Part shown: piece by piece, positions 26,529 through 37,523 of the stretch | Position numbering within the stretch: the stretch's first letter is position 1 | Layout: each line of letters begins with the position of its first letter | Origin: Podarcis vaucheri | Taxonomy: Eukaryota | Direction: 5' to 3' (one strand) | Length of the DNA stretch: 64,000 nt | Assembly (NCBI GenBank): GCA_965113315.1 | Contig: OZ220369.1 | Notes under the pieces: model-generated | The model's input: only the letters and a program-made list of their open reading frames with translations | What the model was told of the DNA's origin: nothing | The model's database searches: none | Position numbers and translations under genes: made by a program

Positions 26529-28129
26529 CTAGAACAAACTTAGTTGGTCTCTAAGGTGCAACTGGACTATTTTTTGTTTTTTATTGCAACCTTTATAACA
26601 ACCTTGTAATATAAGCTAGTATTATTATCCCCATGTTGCAGATTCAGGGCACGAGACAGAGAGAGAAAGAGATCTGCTTAAGGCCACCTGGTGAGTACAT
26701 GGCAGAGGTGGGATTCACACCAGGGATTTCCTGATTTGTACCTCAGTAAAATCCTACTTCTGGGCCAGCTTTGCCATTAGACAGAATGAGATGGCTGCCT
26801 CTGGCAGCCATCCTGGGAAGTGGTGCTAACATGTTATAGGACAGAGGTGTGCGTGCCATGCAGCTTGCCCTGTTCCACCTAAGCTAGTCTGCTGCCCTTG
26901 GGTGTGATGGAAGACAGTCCCATTGCCAGTGTCAAAATAAGATGCAAATGCCAGTCCAATCAGCTTCTCTACATGGAATGACCAGGGTCCACTTTGTCCT
27001 TTGCCTCAGGCAACATAATGCCATGGGTGGCCCTGTCTCCTATAAATGTCAAGACTTACGGCCACATAATTATATATAGGGCTCTACCATTAGCCACTGT
27101 GCTACACTAGTTCTTGACAACAGTTTAGATTAGAAACCAGGGGGCAGTGGATATTCTTGCTGCTGTATGTGAACAGTTTAAAGAAGTAACAAAAATCAGA
27201 GAGATCCATATAATTCTCCAGAATTAATGGTGATTGCTTTTTTCTTTAAAAAGATATGCATTATGGTTGTGGAAACACTCACACATATTGGCTAGTTCCG
27301 CAAAGGGGTGCACACTGAAATGTTCATCTCATTCAAAGTAATGCAGGGCTGACAAACATCTGCATTTGCATTCCAATACCCATTCAACCTCTTTTCTTTT
27401 TCTTTTTGGAAAAAAACTCCACCAGATTCCTCTTAAAATACTACCCAAAGCAACTTACAAAACAAATAATTAGAGCCTCAAGTCTAAAAATAGGTAGTGC
27501 GAGAAAGGCAATTGATAAATAAGATTTTAAAATAGAGCAAAGCAATAGAATTAGGTAATATCAAAGCAGTATTTCCCCTCTCTGCATAGCTCATGCATGA
27601 ATTTGAGTATTCAGCTGCAGATTAATGCTCTTCTGATGGAAAGTGAATTGGATAGAAGCAGACATAAGGAAGGTTTGGGATGATTGCCTTCACTGGTGGA
27701 ACAACCATATCCATATTTGAAATAAAATCTGGCAGCTTGCAACAGCAACCCTACACTGACAACATCCTTACATCTAGTCACATTGAACCCAGAAATAATC
27801 AAGTTATTTCCAGTGCATGGATGGGGCCGGGGGTACTGTTTATGATAGCTGCTTATCTACTATTCGAAAAGTATCCAGGGAATATGATTTCTGACCACCA
27901 CACACAAACACCTCCATTCAAGCCCTCCACAGCCTGGATCTCTCCACCATAACTCTTGCCTGGCTAAGAAAGACATTCTGGTTGCCAGTTCTTCATTGCT
28001 TTGTTTCAGGTATGGGCAATCCTTTTCAATCAGCGAGCCACATTCCCTTCTGGGCAACCTTCTAAGGGTCACCAGCCAGTGGCAGGCAAAGAGCCATGGA
28101 ACAAATCTGTTGATGCCAACCATCTCTTT

Positions 28130-28482
28130 AAAAAGGAAAAGGACCCCTAGACAGCTAAGTCCAGTCAAGGCTGCTATGGGGTGTGGTGCTCATCTCGCTT
28201 CAGGCTGAGGGAGCTGGCCTTTGTCCACAGACCGCTTTCCAGGACATGTGGCCAGCATGACTAAACCACTTCTGGCGCAACGGAACACAGTGACAGAAGC
28301 CAGAGCGCATAGAAATGCCATATACCTTTCCACCGCAGCAGTACCTATTGGCAGAACTGTTGGGAAGTTGACAGAAGCTGGGAAAGAGCAACGGGAGCTC
28401 ACCCCATCATGCAGATTTGAACCACCGACCTTCTGATCAACAAGTCCAAGAGGTTCAGTGGTTTAGACCATAGTGCCACTTC
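28130..28482 (-). mobile_element. Sauria SINE (Squam1)
   Basis: Reverse complement of the family seen at 54393; TSD CCAACCATCT at 28116-28125 and 28483-28492. Confidence 0.9.
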
Positions 28483-28493
28483 CCAACCATCTA

Positions 28494-29074
28494 CAGTGGT
28501 ACCTCGGGTTACGTACCCTTCAGGTTACATACGCTTCAGTTTACAGACTCCGCTAACCCAGAAATAGTACCTCAGGTTAAGAACTTTGCTTCAGGATGAG
28601 AACAGAAATTGTGCTCCAGCGGCACGGCCGCAGCGGGAGGCCCCATTAGCTAAAGTAGTGCTTCAGGAAAAGAACAGTTTCAGGTTAAGAACGGACCTCC
28701 AGAACGAATTAAGTACTTAACCCAGGGGTCTGCAACCTTTAAGACAAAAAGAGCCACTTGGACCCGTTTCCGAAGGAAAAAAAACTGGGAGCCGCAAAAC
28801 CATTGCGATATTTAAAACAAATATATCTCCGGAGCCGCGATCTGACAGCGGGCGGGAAGGTGACGTCGGGACAGTGCGTGACTAACGCGTGCACCGCCCC
28901 CATGCGACGTCACAGCCAGTACAGCACCCGCCACAGTGGGGAGTGTCGGGGCGCACAGTGCGCTTCCTCCCCTCGCTAGTATCCATCCCGGAGCCACGGC
29001 AAAGGTGTAAAAGAGCCACATGCGGCTCTGGAGCCGCGGGTTGCAGACCCCTGACTTAACCCGAGGTACCACTG
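28494..29074 (+). mobile_element. Tigger/pogo-like MITE (short family) interrupted in its right TIR by a hAT MITE
   Basis: CAGTGGTACCTCGGGTTA ... ACTTAACC[insert]ACTTAACCCGAGGTACCACTG, TA TSD. Confidence 0.9.
28723..29053. mobile_element. hAT (Charlie/Buster-like) MITE, CpG-rich, young
   Basis: Perfect TIRs CAGGGGTCTGCAACC / GGTTGCAGACCCCTG; perfect TSD ACTTAACC; repeated GAGCC(G/A)C subterminal motif. Confidence 0.92.
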
Positions 29075-30157
29075 TATTGATAATTTGTTGACTGCTCTAC
29101 TAATGTATGTTCGATTACTACTAAAAACATATTCCTTTAACCATGAGGACTAGGATTTTAAGGAGAGAGAAAAAAGAAGAAGAAAAGCTGAGATACTAAG
29201 GATTCTAACAGGAGCCTCTGCCATAGTAAAGAAGTCCCACTGAAATCAAAGGACTAACATATTTATGCAACAATGTAGCCTGTACAATGTTTCCCTGGGC
29301 CTAGAAATAATGAAAAGGTCTTGCACTCACACTGGTACCACTAACATATAATTTATAGCTAGTCCAAATGATGACTTGGCCTGTTCATAGCAGGGGAGCG
29401 GTACACACCTGAACAAACATACCTATGTGGTCCCTATCTGTAATCACACTGTTTTCCCAAAGACCTTAAATGAGCCTTTGAGATCAGAACTCCAGACAGA
29501 CTGATATAAACAAGGTTCAACAACATAGGATTAAGTCAATATAAGCAATTTCTTGGAAAGGTTACCGTAATAACCACAGTAACCTAAAGGGGGGAGGCTG
29601 GAGGTGGGAAGAAACACACAAACTACAGACAAATGTGCATCAGGAAATAATGTGTCAGGTGTCTAGTGAGCTCAAAGATCAGCACAGGCAGGTAGAGACG
29701 GAAAATACATAGATGACCGGCTAAGGCAGCTTAGCTGAACAAACACAGACATCACTAGAGATTTATCTTTGCTTGTCCCTATGAGCACAGGGCAAGATTA
29801 CAGGATCTTGAGCCAGGGGTGGACAAGCTCTTGTGTGGTCTAATTTTCCTTTCACTAAACCTTCTGATCCACTGACATGTTTGACATTTACAAAGCAAAA
29901 ACACACACTCGGGAACTCTTCAGGCACGGGTGGGTAATGGGGTACCCTCCATATGGACTAGCTCCCATCAGTCTCAGGTAGCATGCCCAAAGGCCACAGA
30001 TTATGATAGCTGTAGTCCAACAACATCTGGAGGACAGAATGTTGGCATATCCAATCTGCACTAAGTATGCAGAACAAATAACTTGCTGGATCAAGCCAAG
30101 GTCTCTCTCATCCAGAGTTCTTTGTAAGAATTTATTAACAAGTAAGTAAATAGTTTG

Positions 30158-30519
30158 GGGGACGCGGGTGGCGCTGTGGGTAAAACCTCAGTGCCTAGGA
30201 CTTGCCGATCATATGGTCGGCGGTTCAAATCCCCGCGGCGGGGTGAAGCTCCCGTCTTTCGGTCCCAGCTCCTGCCTACCTAGCAGTTCGAAAGCACCCC
30301 TAAGTGCAAGTAGATAAATAGGTACCGCTTTATAGCGGGAAGGTAAATGGTGTTTCCGTGTGCTGCGCTGGTGCCGGCTCGCCAGAGCAGCTTTGTCAGG
30401 CTGGCCATGTGACCCGGAAGAGTCTTCGGACAGCGCTGGCTCCCAGCCTCTTAAGTGAGATGAGCGCACAACCCTACAGTCGGACACGACTGGCCCGTAC
30501 GGGCAGGGGTACCTTTACC
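30158..30519 (+). mobile_element. Sauria SINE (Squam1), young distinct subfamily
   Basis: GGGACGCGGGTGGCGCTGTGGG head, CpG retained, GTCGGACACGACTGG BovB-like tail, TSD TAAGTAAATAG. Confidence 0.95.
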
Positions 30520-33269
30520 TAAGTAAATAGGTGGTCCATTGAAACAGACCTGTCTACCTGTTAGCCACTCCTGTTATAAACAAACCTGTGTTTTAGAGCT
30601 TGTGTGGCTATGGGTTCACAGTAAATCACCCCCTGGTGCAATACCAGTTGCAGAAGGCAGCAGCCCTCTGAATCAGTGTCGCATGGGGATCTGCCAATGC
30701 CCCAATTCCATGGAAGCCTATACACAAGGATATAAGCTTCTTTCATGCAGACAACCATGCAGCCATATGGGAGCATGCCTTGTATCCAATACTGTACTCA
30801 GGGCCAAGAGCATGGTCCCGCTGCCCAGTAATTGTGTTTGCCACTTCACATATGCACATCATAGCAATGGGGATTAATGTGGTTTCGCCCACTGCTCTTG
30901 CTTATATATGCATAATTCCAAATGCAAGCTGTGGTCATTGTAAAATAAAGCTTTATAGACTTTAACTGACTCTCTGAAAGCAACTGAAGGCTTTTAAAAA
31001 ATGCATACACTCCAGTAAAAACAAATCATGAGAAGAGTATTCGAAGGCATTTGTTTGCCCAAGTTATACTTTGGGGGCAAAAGATGACCAGGATTTTTAC
31101 TTAAAAAAGTAAACAGCAACAAATATCTTCAATTTATGATCTGCATGATGTACTGAAGTGCCATTTATTTCCCCCTTGTCAATAACATACCACCATCTCT
31201 ATAAATGTTGATGCTAAAAGCATGGAGTGATAAGACGGGTTGAGAGTCTGAAAGCCACTCCAGCCTGGGTAATAAGTCCCCTAAACATAGGGAACCTAGC
31301 ACATCAGGGAACCTAATTTAAACCCAGCTTTTTAATGGGCTAGCTATTTCCATGCAAGAAGATTATTTTTAATGTGCAGGAAAACTGAGATACTTTTTAT
31401 GTTTCATCTGTGAAATCATCTCATTTTTAAAAAATTAATTAAATTTTAATGCTTTTAATGGCAGAAAACAAGGAATAGTGAATGTGTATAATATCACCAG
31501 GATACACCTGGAAGGCATTATGGCTCTCAAATGCTACCGTATGAAAATAATTCAATATTTTTCTAAGCACCAGCCTTTTTAACCATGGATGTTGGCTCCT
31601 TTCCCCCTTATTAAGATAACCTTGAGCCAAAGGTGGATTTTAAAAAATGGAGTTAGCTGCAAACAAATACATTTAAAGGCACTACAATATTGCTTCAGGG
31701 TAGGGTCAAAGGGCGATCATGTCAATGTAGAGAGAGACAGGAACCCAGTAAATGCTCAGAAAGTTTCCACAAAACATCATGGGTTGTTTCAAGGGTATAT
31801 AAATATGCAAATTTGTAAAGTTGGCATATCCCTAGGAATATATTTTGTTTCCTTGACACAAATTACTTAGAAATTATTAGAAATTCTACTTGGAGCAGAA
31901 GCATATGGCTTTTTTAAACCCTTCTATATAATTATTTAGAAGTACAGGGTCACACACACACACATTATCACAATGCACAGAAAACATGAGGGGAGGGGGG
32001 ACATCTTCTCTTCAATGTCAAAGGTCAGGGTTATACTTCTGCAAAAGAGCTTCATGAAAGAGCTAGTTCACACAGTCATGTTGATCATTTGATTGCAGCA
32101 CCAAATGTGTGTGTGAATAGGAAAAAGCTCAAAATGTAAAATCCAAATAGCTCTTTACAAACAAAATAAATTTCTGATTTTAAGGAAGTTTTCCCCCCTT
32201 TGATAAGCATGAAATGTTGCTGCAGATTTCTTTGTAAACTCCTGAAACATTTTGAGAATGTTTATTCTGGGGGAAATTAGTCACTGAGAACATTTTGGTT
32301 CAGCAGGAGACTGGCCTTATCTCTGGATAACCAATCTTGCACAACAGTTGTGTCAAGCTGCTCCTGTCTCCTGTTTTGTTTTTGTTTTTTTAATATCTCC
32401 CCACAATTTCACTCAGATGAAGAGAGAAGATTAAGCAGGGACAAGACAGCAAGAAAGCATCAGCTTATGCTGTGTTCCAAAGTCATTGCCTGCAGCACTG
32501 TTTCCATTCTGCTGCAGTTTGGCTTCTGAGAAAAACCTACGTGATTCATTTCAGTGAGTTGCAATGGAATTTTATATAATTAATAACACGATTAATGATG
32601 TTATCTTTACATTATTCAACATCATTCACTGAAATGCACATTTGGGGAAAGCCATAATTTGTTATGCATTATTTATGGACTGAAAACACCACCAACAAAT
32701 ACTGATCACATTTGCTGAACTGATTTCTGTTTCAGACATGGTACAAATAGGAAAACATCAGCATTTTTCATGAAGTTCCCATTGCAAGCAAGAAGGATGA
32801 GCATGCAAACAAGCATTTTCACTGCTGGGGGAGGGTGTTGTTGGTTCTTTGCACATCTGCTCTAACAGTCCTGTGATGTTGGCAACAGAACTCGAGTCCA
32901 ACACTCTGATTCACCCTCCACCCCTGAATCAGTCAGCTCTGCTGATTAGCCCCAGTGCCTGTGGGAACCTCACTCTCTGGAAGCAGAGTAGAAGAGGTCC
33001 CAGCTGACTCCCTCCCCCCTTTCTAGAACATTTGATGGCTTGGGGTGGGGCCCTCATCCAGATCACTGGCCTGGCTGACCCCATTCCCTAACTCAGACTC
33101 TTCCTCTTCGACTTTCAGAACACTCCTGAAAATCTTATTGCACCCCAACTGACTGCACAGGGATCATGGCAATAGTTGCTCTTTTTTCTTTTCTTTTTTA
33201 AAAATCACATTGATATATTTTCTCAAAGGATCTCATGGAACAGACTGCCTTGGAAAGTGGAGGGGTCTG

Positions 33270-33365
33270 CTGTGCTGGACAGTCATTGCAGACCTTGCAC
33301 CAAGTGGGGTGGTGGTGGTGTTCTAGTAGATCTCTAAGGCCCCTTCCAACTCTATGATTTTATGA
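33270..33365 (+). mobile_element. Degraded CR1 3' end
   Basis: AAGGCCCCTTCCAACTCTATGATTTTATGA terminus. Confidence 0.55.
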
Positions 33366-33449
33366 AAAAGTGATCTGTGCAATTGCTAATTGTGTGACTG
33401 ATGGCTCGTCCAGTTTGGTCCTGAGACTTGATTAAGCTGGTGTTAATTA

Positions 33450-33451
<2 letters not shown>

Positions 33452-33481
<30 letters not shown>
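33452..33481. repeat. (GT)n microsatellite
   Basis: Direct reading. Confidence 0.95.
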
Positions 33482-33483
<2 letters not shown>

Positions 33484-34930
33484 GAGACACACACACTATG
33501 TCAGCAAATTTATTTCATGTTTTCCCCTCCTCCTAAAAAATAAAATAAAAGCTTTAGTCAAACAGCTTGAAGTCAAAGAAGTTGGAAACACCTGTGCAGT
33601 GTGCTTGCCTGCCTCTCAGCGCTATATTTATATGCCCGTGAATATTTATAAGCATTTATGCTACTAATGTTGCTGGCATTGTTAAATCTTGATTGTGAAG
33701 TTTGTAAATATTCAAAAGAAGCAGATGTTTACTAATCCCATTTACCTTTAAGGGGAGGAAATGCAAAATGGGATAGAAAAAGCAGGCCTACTAAACTGTT
33801 TTCCCAGCAGAAACAACCGAAATAAATTACCGTAAACTGAAGGCTATAAAGGGCAACTTTGCAGGTTAAACCCTTGAACTCGTAACATATTTATAAAATG
33901 TGTGGGAATATTATTATTGTTATTAATATTGCAGCTTAATTACACACAGAGACACGGTAGCAAGAAAAGGTAGGACCTTTTTAGCCACCTGAAAAAACTC
34001 TGCAGAGGTAGGCACCACAACTACCAGCCAACCACTCTAACCAACTTCCATGTTTTCCAACACAGTTTAAAGATGTTGGAACCATGAAAGAAAGGGGGGA
34101 GACAGAAAACAGGGTTTGACATTCTTGGGGCCACAATGGGAAAGCAGCCAGCTGGCAGGCCGTCTGTATGCCAAGGCTCCTTTGCAAGCTTCAAAAGAAC
34201 CCTGTAGTGCTCCAAGGCTGAAGCGACAGAGGTATAGCTCCACACTGATGCCAAACGGCCTAAAGTTTGCCTCAGTGAAGTAACCCAAAAACTAATTCAG
34301 CTCTCCCATCATCTGCATAAATCACAGGCTTAGGAGTATTTATGCGATAAAAAGAATGGAAGCTGGTTCTTTTGGCCGTCTACAAAATTGGGACACTTTC
34401 CTTCTTGAGTAGACTGACATTTAAGCACAACAAGTGCATTGGAAATCTACTTACATCTTACATTTGCTCCATTCCTCCTGCCCCCGCCAAAACTTATCAG
34501 TGTCACTTTTTGAAATTGTACTCATTTGAAAGGGAAGGGGAGATTGCTCAATCATGTCTTAAAAGCCTTAAAAGGCCCAATACTGTTCCCATTAAAGACA
34601 CTGGTGGAATTAACACAATACTCTAAGGAATGCTCAACCACACAAGCTTAAAAACCTCCCAAGATAAAACCCAAATAAACTGGGCTTAGAAACCAAGCAG
34701 CACATTTTGGCCTCTTTCATTGGCCAGGAGACTAAAGGCCATTAAGGAGGCTCCCCTTGTCTTCCATAACAAATGCCATGGCAAGGCCCATCCACCAGCC
34801 AGAGAGGGAGGGAGCAGCTGCAGGGAGCATGTTTTCATAGAATCATAGAATCATAGAATCATAGAATCATAGAGTTGGAAGAGACCACAAGGGCCATCGG
34901 GTCCAACCCCCTGCCAAGCAGGAAACACCA

Positions 34931-36140
34931 TCAGAGCACTCCTGACATATGGGTGTCAAGCCTCTGCTTAAAGACCTCCAAAGTAGGAGACTCCACCACA
35001 CTCCTTGGCAGCAAATTCCACTGTCGAACAGCTCTTACTGTCAGGAAGTTCTTCCTAATGTTTAGGTGGAATCTTCTTTCTTGTAGTTTGGATCCATTGC
35101 TCCGTGTCCGCTTCTCTGGAGCAGCAGAAAACAACCTTTCTCCCTCCTCTATGTGACATCCTTTTATATATTTGAACATGGCTATCATATCACCCCTTAA
35201 CCTCCTCTTCTCCAGGCTAAACATGCCCAGCTCCCTTAGCCGTTCCTCATAAGGCATCGTTTCCAGGCCTTTGACCATTTTGGTTGCCCTCTTCTGGACA
35301 CGTTCCAGTTTGTCAGTGTCCTTCTTGAATTGTGGTGCCCAGAACTGGACACAGTACTCCAGGTGTGGTCTGACCAGAGCAGAATACAGTGGCACTATTA
35401 CTTCCCTTGATCTAGATGCTATACTCCTATTGATGCAGCCCAGAATTGCATTGGCTTTTTTAGCTGCCGCGTCACACTGTTGGCTCATGTCAAGTTTGTG
35501 GTCAACCAAGACTCCTAGATCCTTTTCACATGTACTGCTCTCAAGCCAGGTGTCCCCCATCTTGTATTTGTGCCTCTCATTTTTTTTGCCCAAGTGCAAT
35601 ACTTTACATTTCTCCCTGTTAAAATTCATCTTGTTTGTTTTTGCCCAGTTCTCTAATCTGTCAAGGTCGTTTTGAAGTGTGATCCTGTCCTCTGGGGTGT
35701 TAGCCACCCCTCCCAGTTTGGTGTCATCTGCAAATTTGATCAGGATGCCCTTGAGTCCATCATCCAAGTCGTTGATAAAGATGTTGAATAAGACCGGGCC
35801 CAAGACAGAACCCTGTGGCACCCCACTAGTCACTCTTCTCCAGGATGAAGAGGAACCATTGATGAGCACCCTTTGGGTTCGGTCAGTCAGCCAGTTACAA
35901 ATCCACTGAGTGGTAGCATAGTCAAGACCGCATTTTACCAGCTTCTTTACAAGAATATCATGGGGCACCTTGTCAAATGCTTTGCTGAAATCAAGGTAGG
36001 CTACATCCACTGCGTTCCCTTCATCTACCAGGCTTGTAATTCTGTCAAAAAACGAGATCAGGTTAGTCTGACATGACTTATTTTTCAGAAATCCATGCTG
36101 ACTATTGGTGATCACAGCATTCCTTTCTAGGTGCTCACAG
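34931..36140 (-). pseudogene. CR1 ORF2, C-terminal part (reverse transcriptase)
   Basis: [46 protein letters not shown]; open to the native stop. Confidence 0.95.
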
Positions 36141-37523
36141 TTTGCTTAATGATCTGCTCCAGAATCTTCCCTGCTATTGATGTCAGACTGACTGGGCGGT
36201 AATTATTTGGGTCCTCTCTTTTCCCCTTTTTGAAAATAGGAACAACATTTGCCCTCCTCCAGTCTGCCGGGACTTCGCCTGTTCTCCAGGAATTCTCAAA
36301 GATGACTGCCAGTGGTTCTGAGATCACATCTGCCAGTTCTTTTAATACTCTTGGATGCAGTTCATCTGGCCCTGGAGACTTGAATACATCTAATCTAGCC
36401 AAATATTCTTGTACTATCTCCTTAGTTATTCTGGGCTGTGTTTCCTTTGCTGAATCATTTGCTTCAAATTCTTCAGGTCGGGCATTGTCTTCTTTATCGG
36501 AGAAGACTGAGGCAAAGAAGGCATTGAGGAGTTCAGCCCTTTCTGTGTCCCCTGTTTGCATTTCACCATCTTCTCCTCTGAGTGACCCCACTGTTTCTTT
36601 GTTCTTCCTTTTGCTACGAACATACCCATAAAAGCCTTTTTTGTTGCTTTTAACCTCTCTAGCAAGCCTGAGTTCATTCTGTGCTTTAGCTTTTCTGACT
36701 TTGTGTCTACACGTGCTGGCTATTTGTTTGAATTCCTCTTTGGTGGTTTCCCCCCTTTTCCATTTTTTGTACACATCCTTTTTTAATCTTAATTCAGTTA
36801 AAAGTTCTTTAGATAGCCACCCTGGTTTCTTTAGGCACCTTCCATGTTTTCGTCTCATTGGTATTGCCTGACGTTGTGCTTTTACTATCTCCGTCTTAAC
36901 AAACTCCCAGCCATCATGAACTCCCTTTCCTTTTAGTATTGCTGTCCATGGGATCTCACCCAGCACTTCCCTAAGTTTTATGAAGTCGGCTTTCTTAAAG
37001 TCAAGAAATTGAGTCCTAGTATGCTTGGCTGCTACTGTCCGCTGTATAGTAAACTTCAGAAGAGCATGATCACTCGCGCCTAATGATCCTTCCACATCTA
37101 CCCCACTAACCAGGTCATCAACATTGGTTAGGACCAGGTCTAAAATGGCTGTTCCTCTTGTTGCTTCTCCCACTTTCTGGACAATGAAGTTGTCTGCAAG
37201 GCCAGTGAGGAATCTGTTTGACCTTATGCTCTTGGCTGAGTTTGACGTCCAACAAATATCCGGGTAATTGAAGTCCCCCATTACTACTATCTCCCTTCCT
37301 TTTGCATGCTTGGCCATCTGTTCCAGGAAGGCATCATCTATGTCCTCCGTTTGGCTTGGGGATCTATAGTAAACTCCCACAATGAGGTCTCTGTTATTCT
37401 TCTCTCCCTTAATTTTGACCCAAATGCTCTCACTTTGGCTTTGAGGTTCTAAATCTTGGATCTCTTCACAGGTATACACACCCCTGACATATAACGCCAC
37501 TCCTCCTCCTTTCTTGTCTGGTC
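36127..37523 (-). pseudogene. CR1 ORF2, N-terminal part (APE endonuclease, linker, RT start)
   Basis: GGGVALYV, VGVYYRSP, MGDFNYPDI, LDLVLTN, SDH, KSPGPDELHPRVLKEL, NYRPVSLTS; frame ends at a frameshift near 36140. Confidence 0.95.

Larger units (their letters stand above)
26354..26584. mobile_element. Penelope-like retroelement remnant: inverted (tail-to-tail) pLTR
   Basis: ~80-bp arms inverted about 26488-26491 (TAGTCCAGTAGCACCTTAGAGACCAACTAAGTTTGTTCTAGGTATAAGCTTTCATGTGCATGC and its reverse complement); 13-bp TSD TG(T/C)AACCTTTATA at 26341-26353 and 26585-26597. Confidence 0.8.
34837..37523 (-). mobile_element. CR1 LINE, 5'-truncated within the endonuclease domain, young
   Basis: (TTCTATGA)n 3' tail; ORF2 APE endonuclease and RT motifs; candidate TSD/microhomology TGTTTTC at 34830-34836 and 37524-37530. 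Confidence 0.97.

Noticed and set aside
34875-36871. Plus-strand ORFs over the CR1
   Set aside because: Antisense shadows of CR1 ORF2
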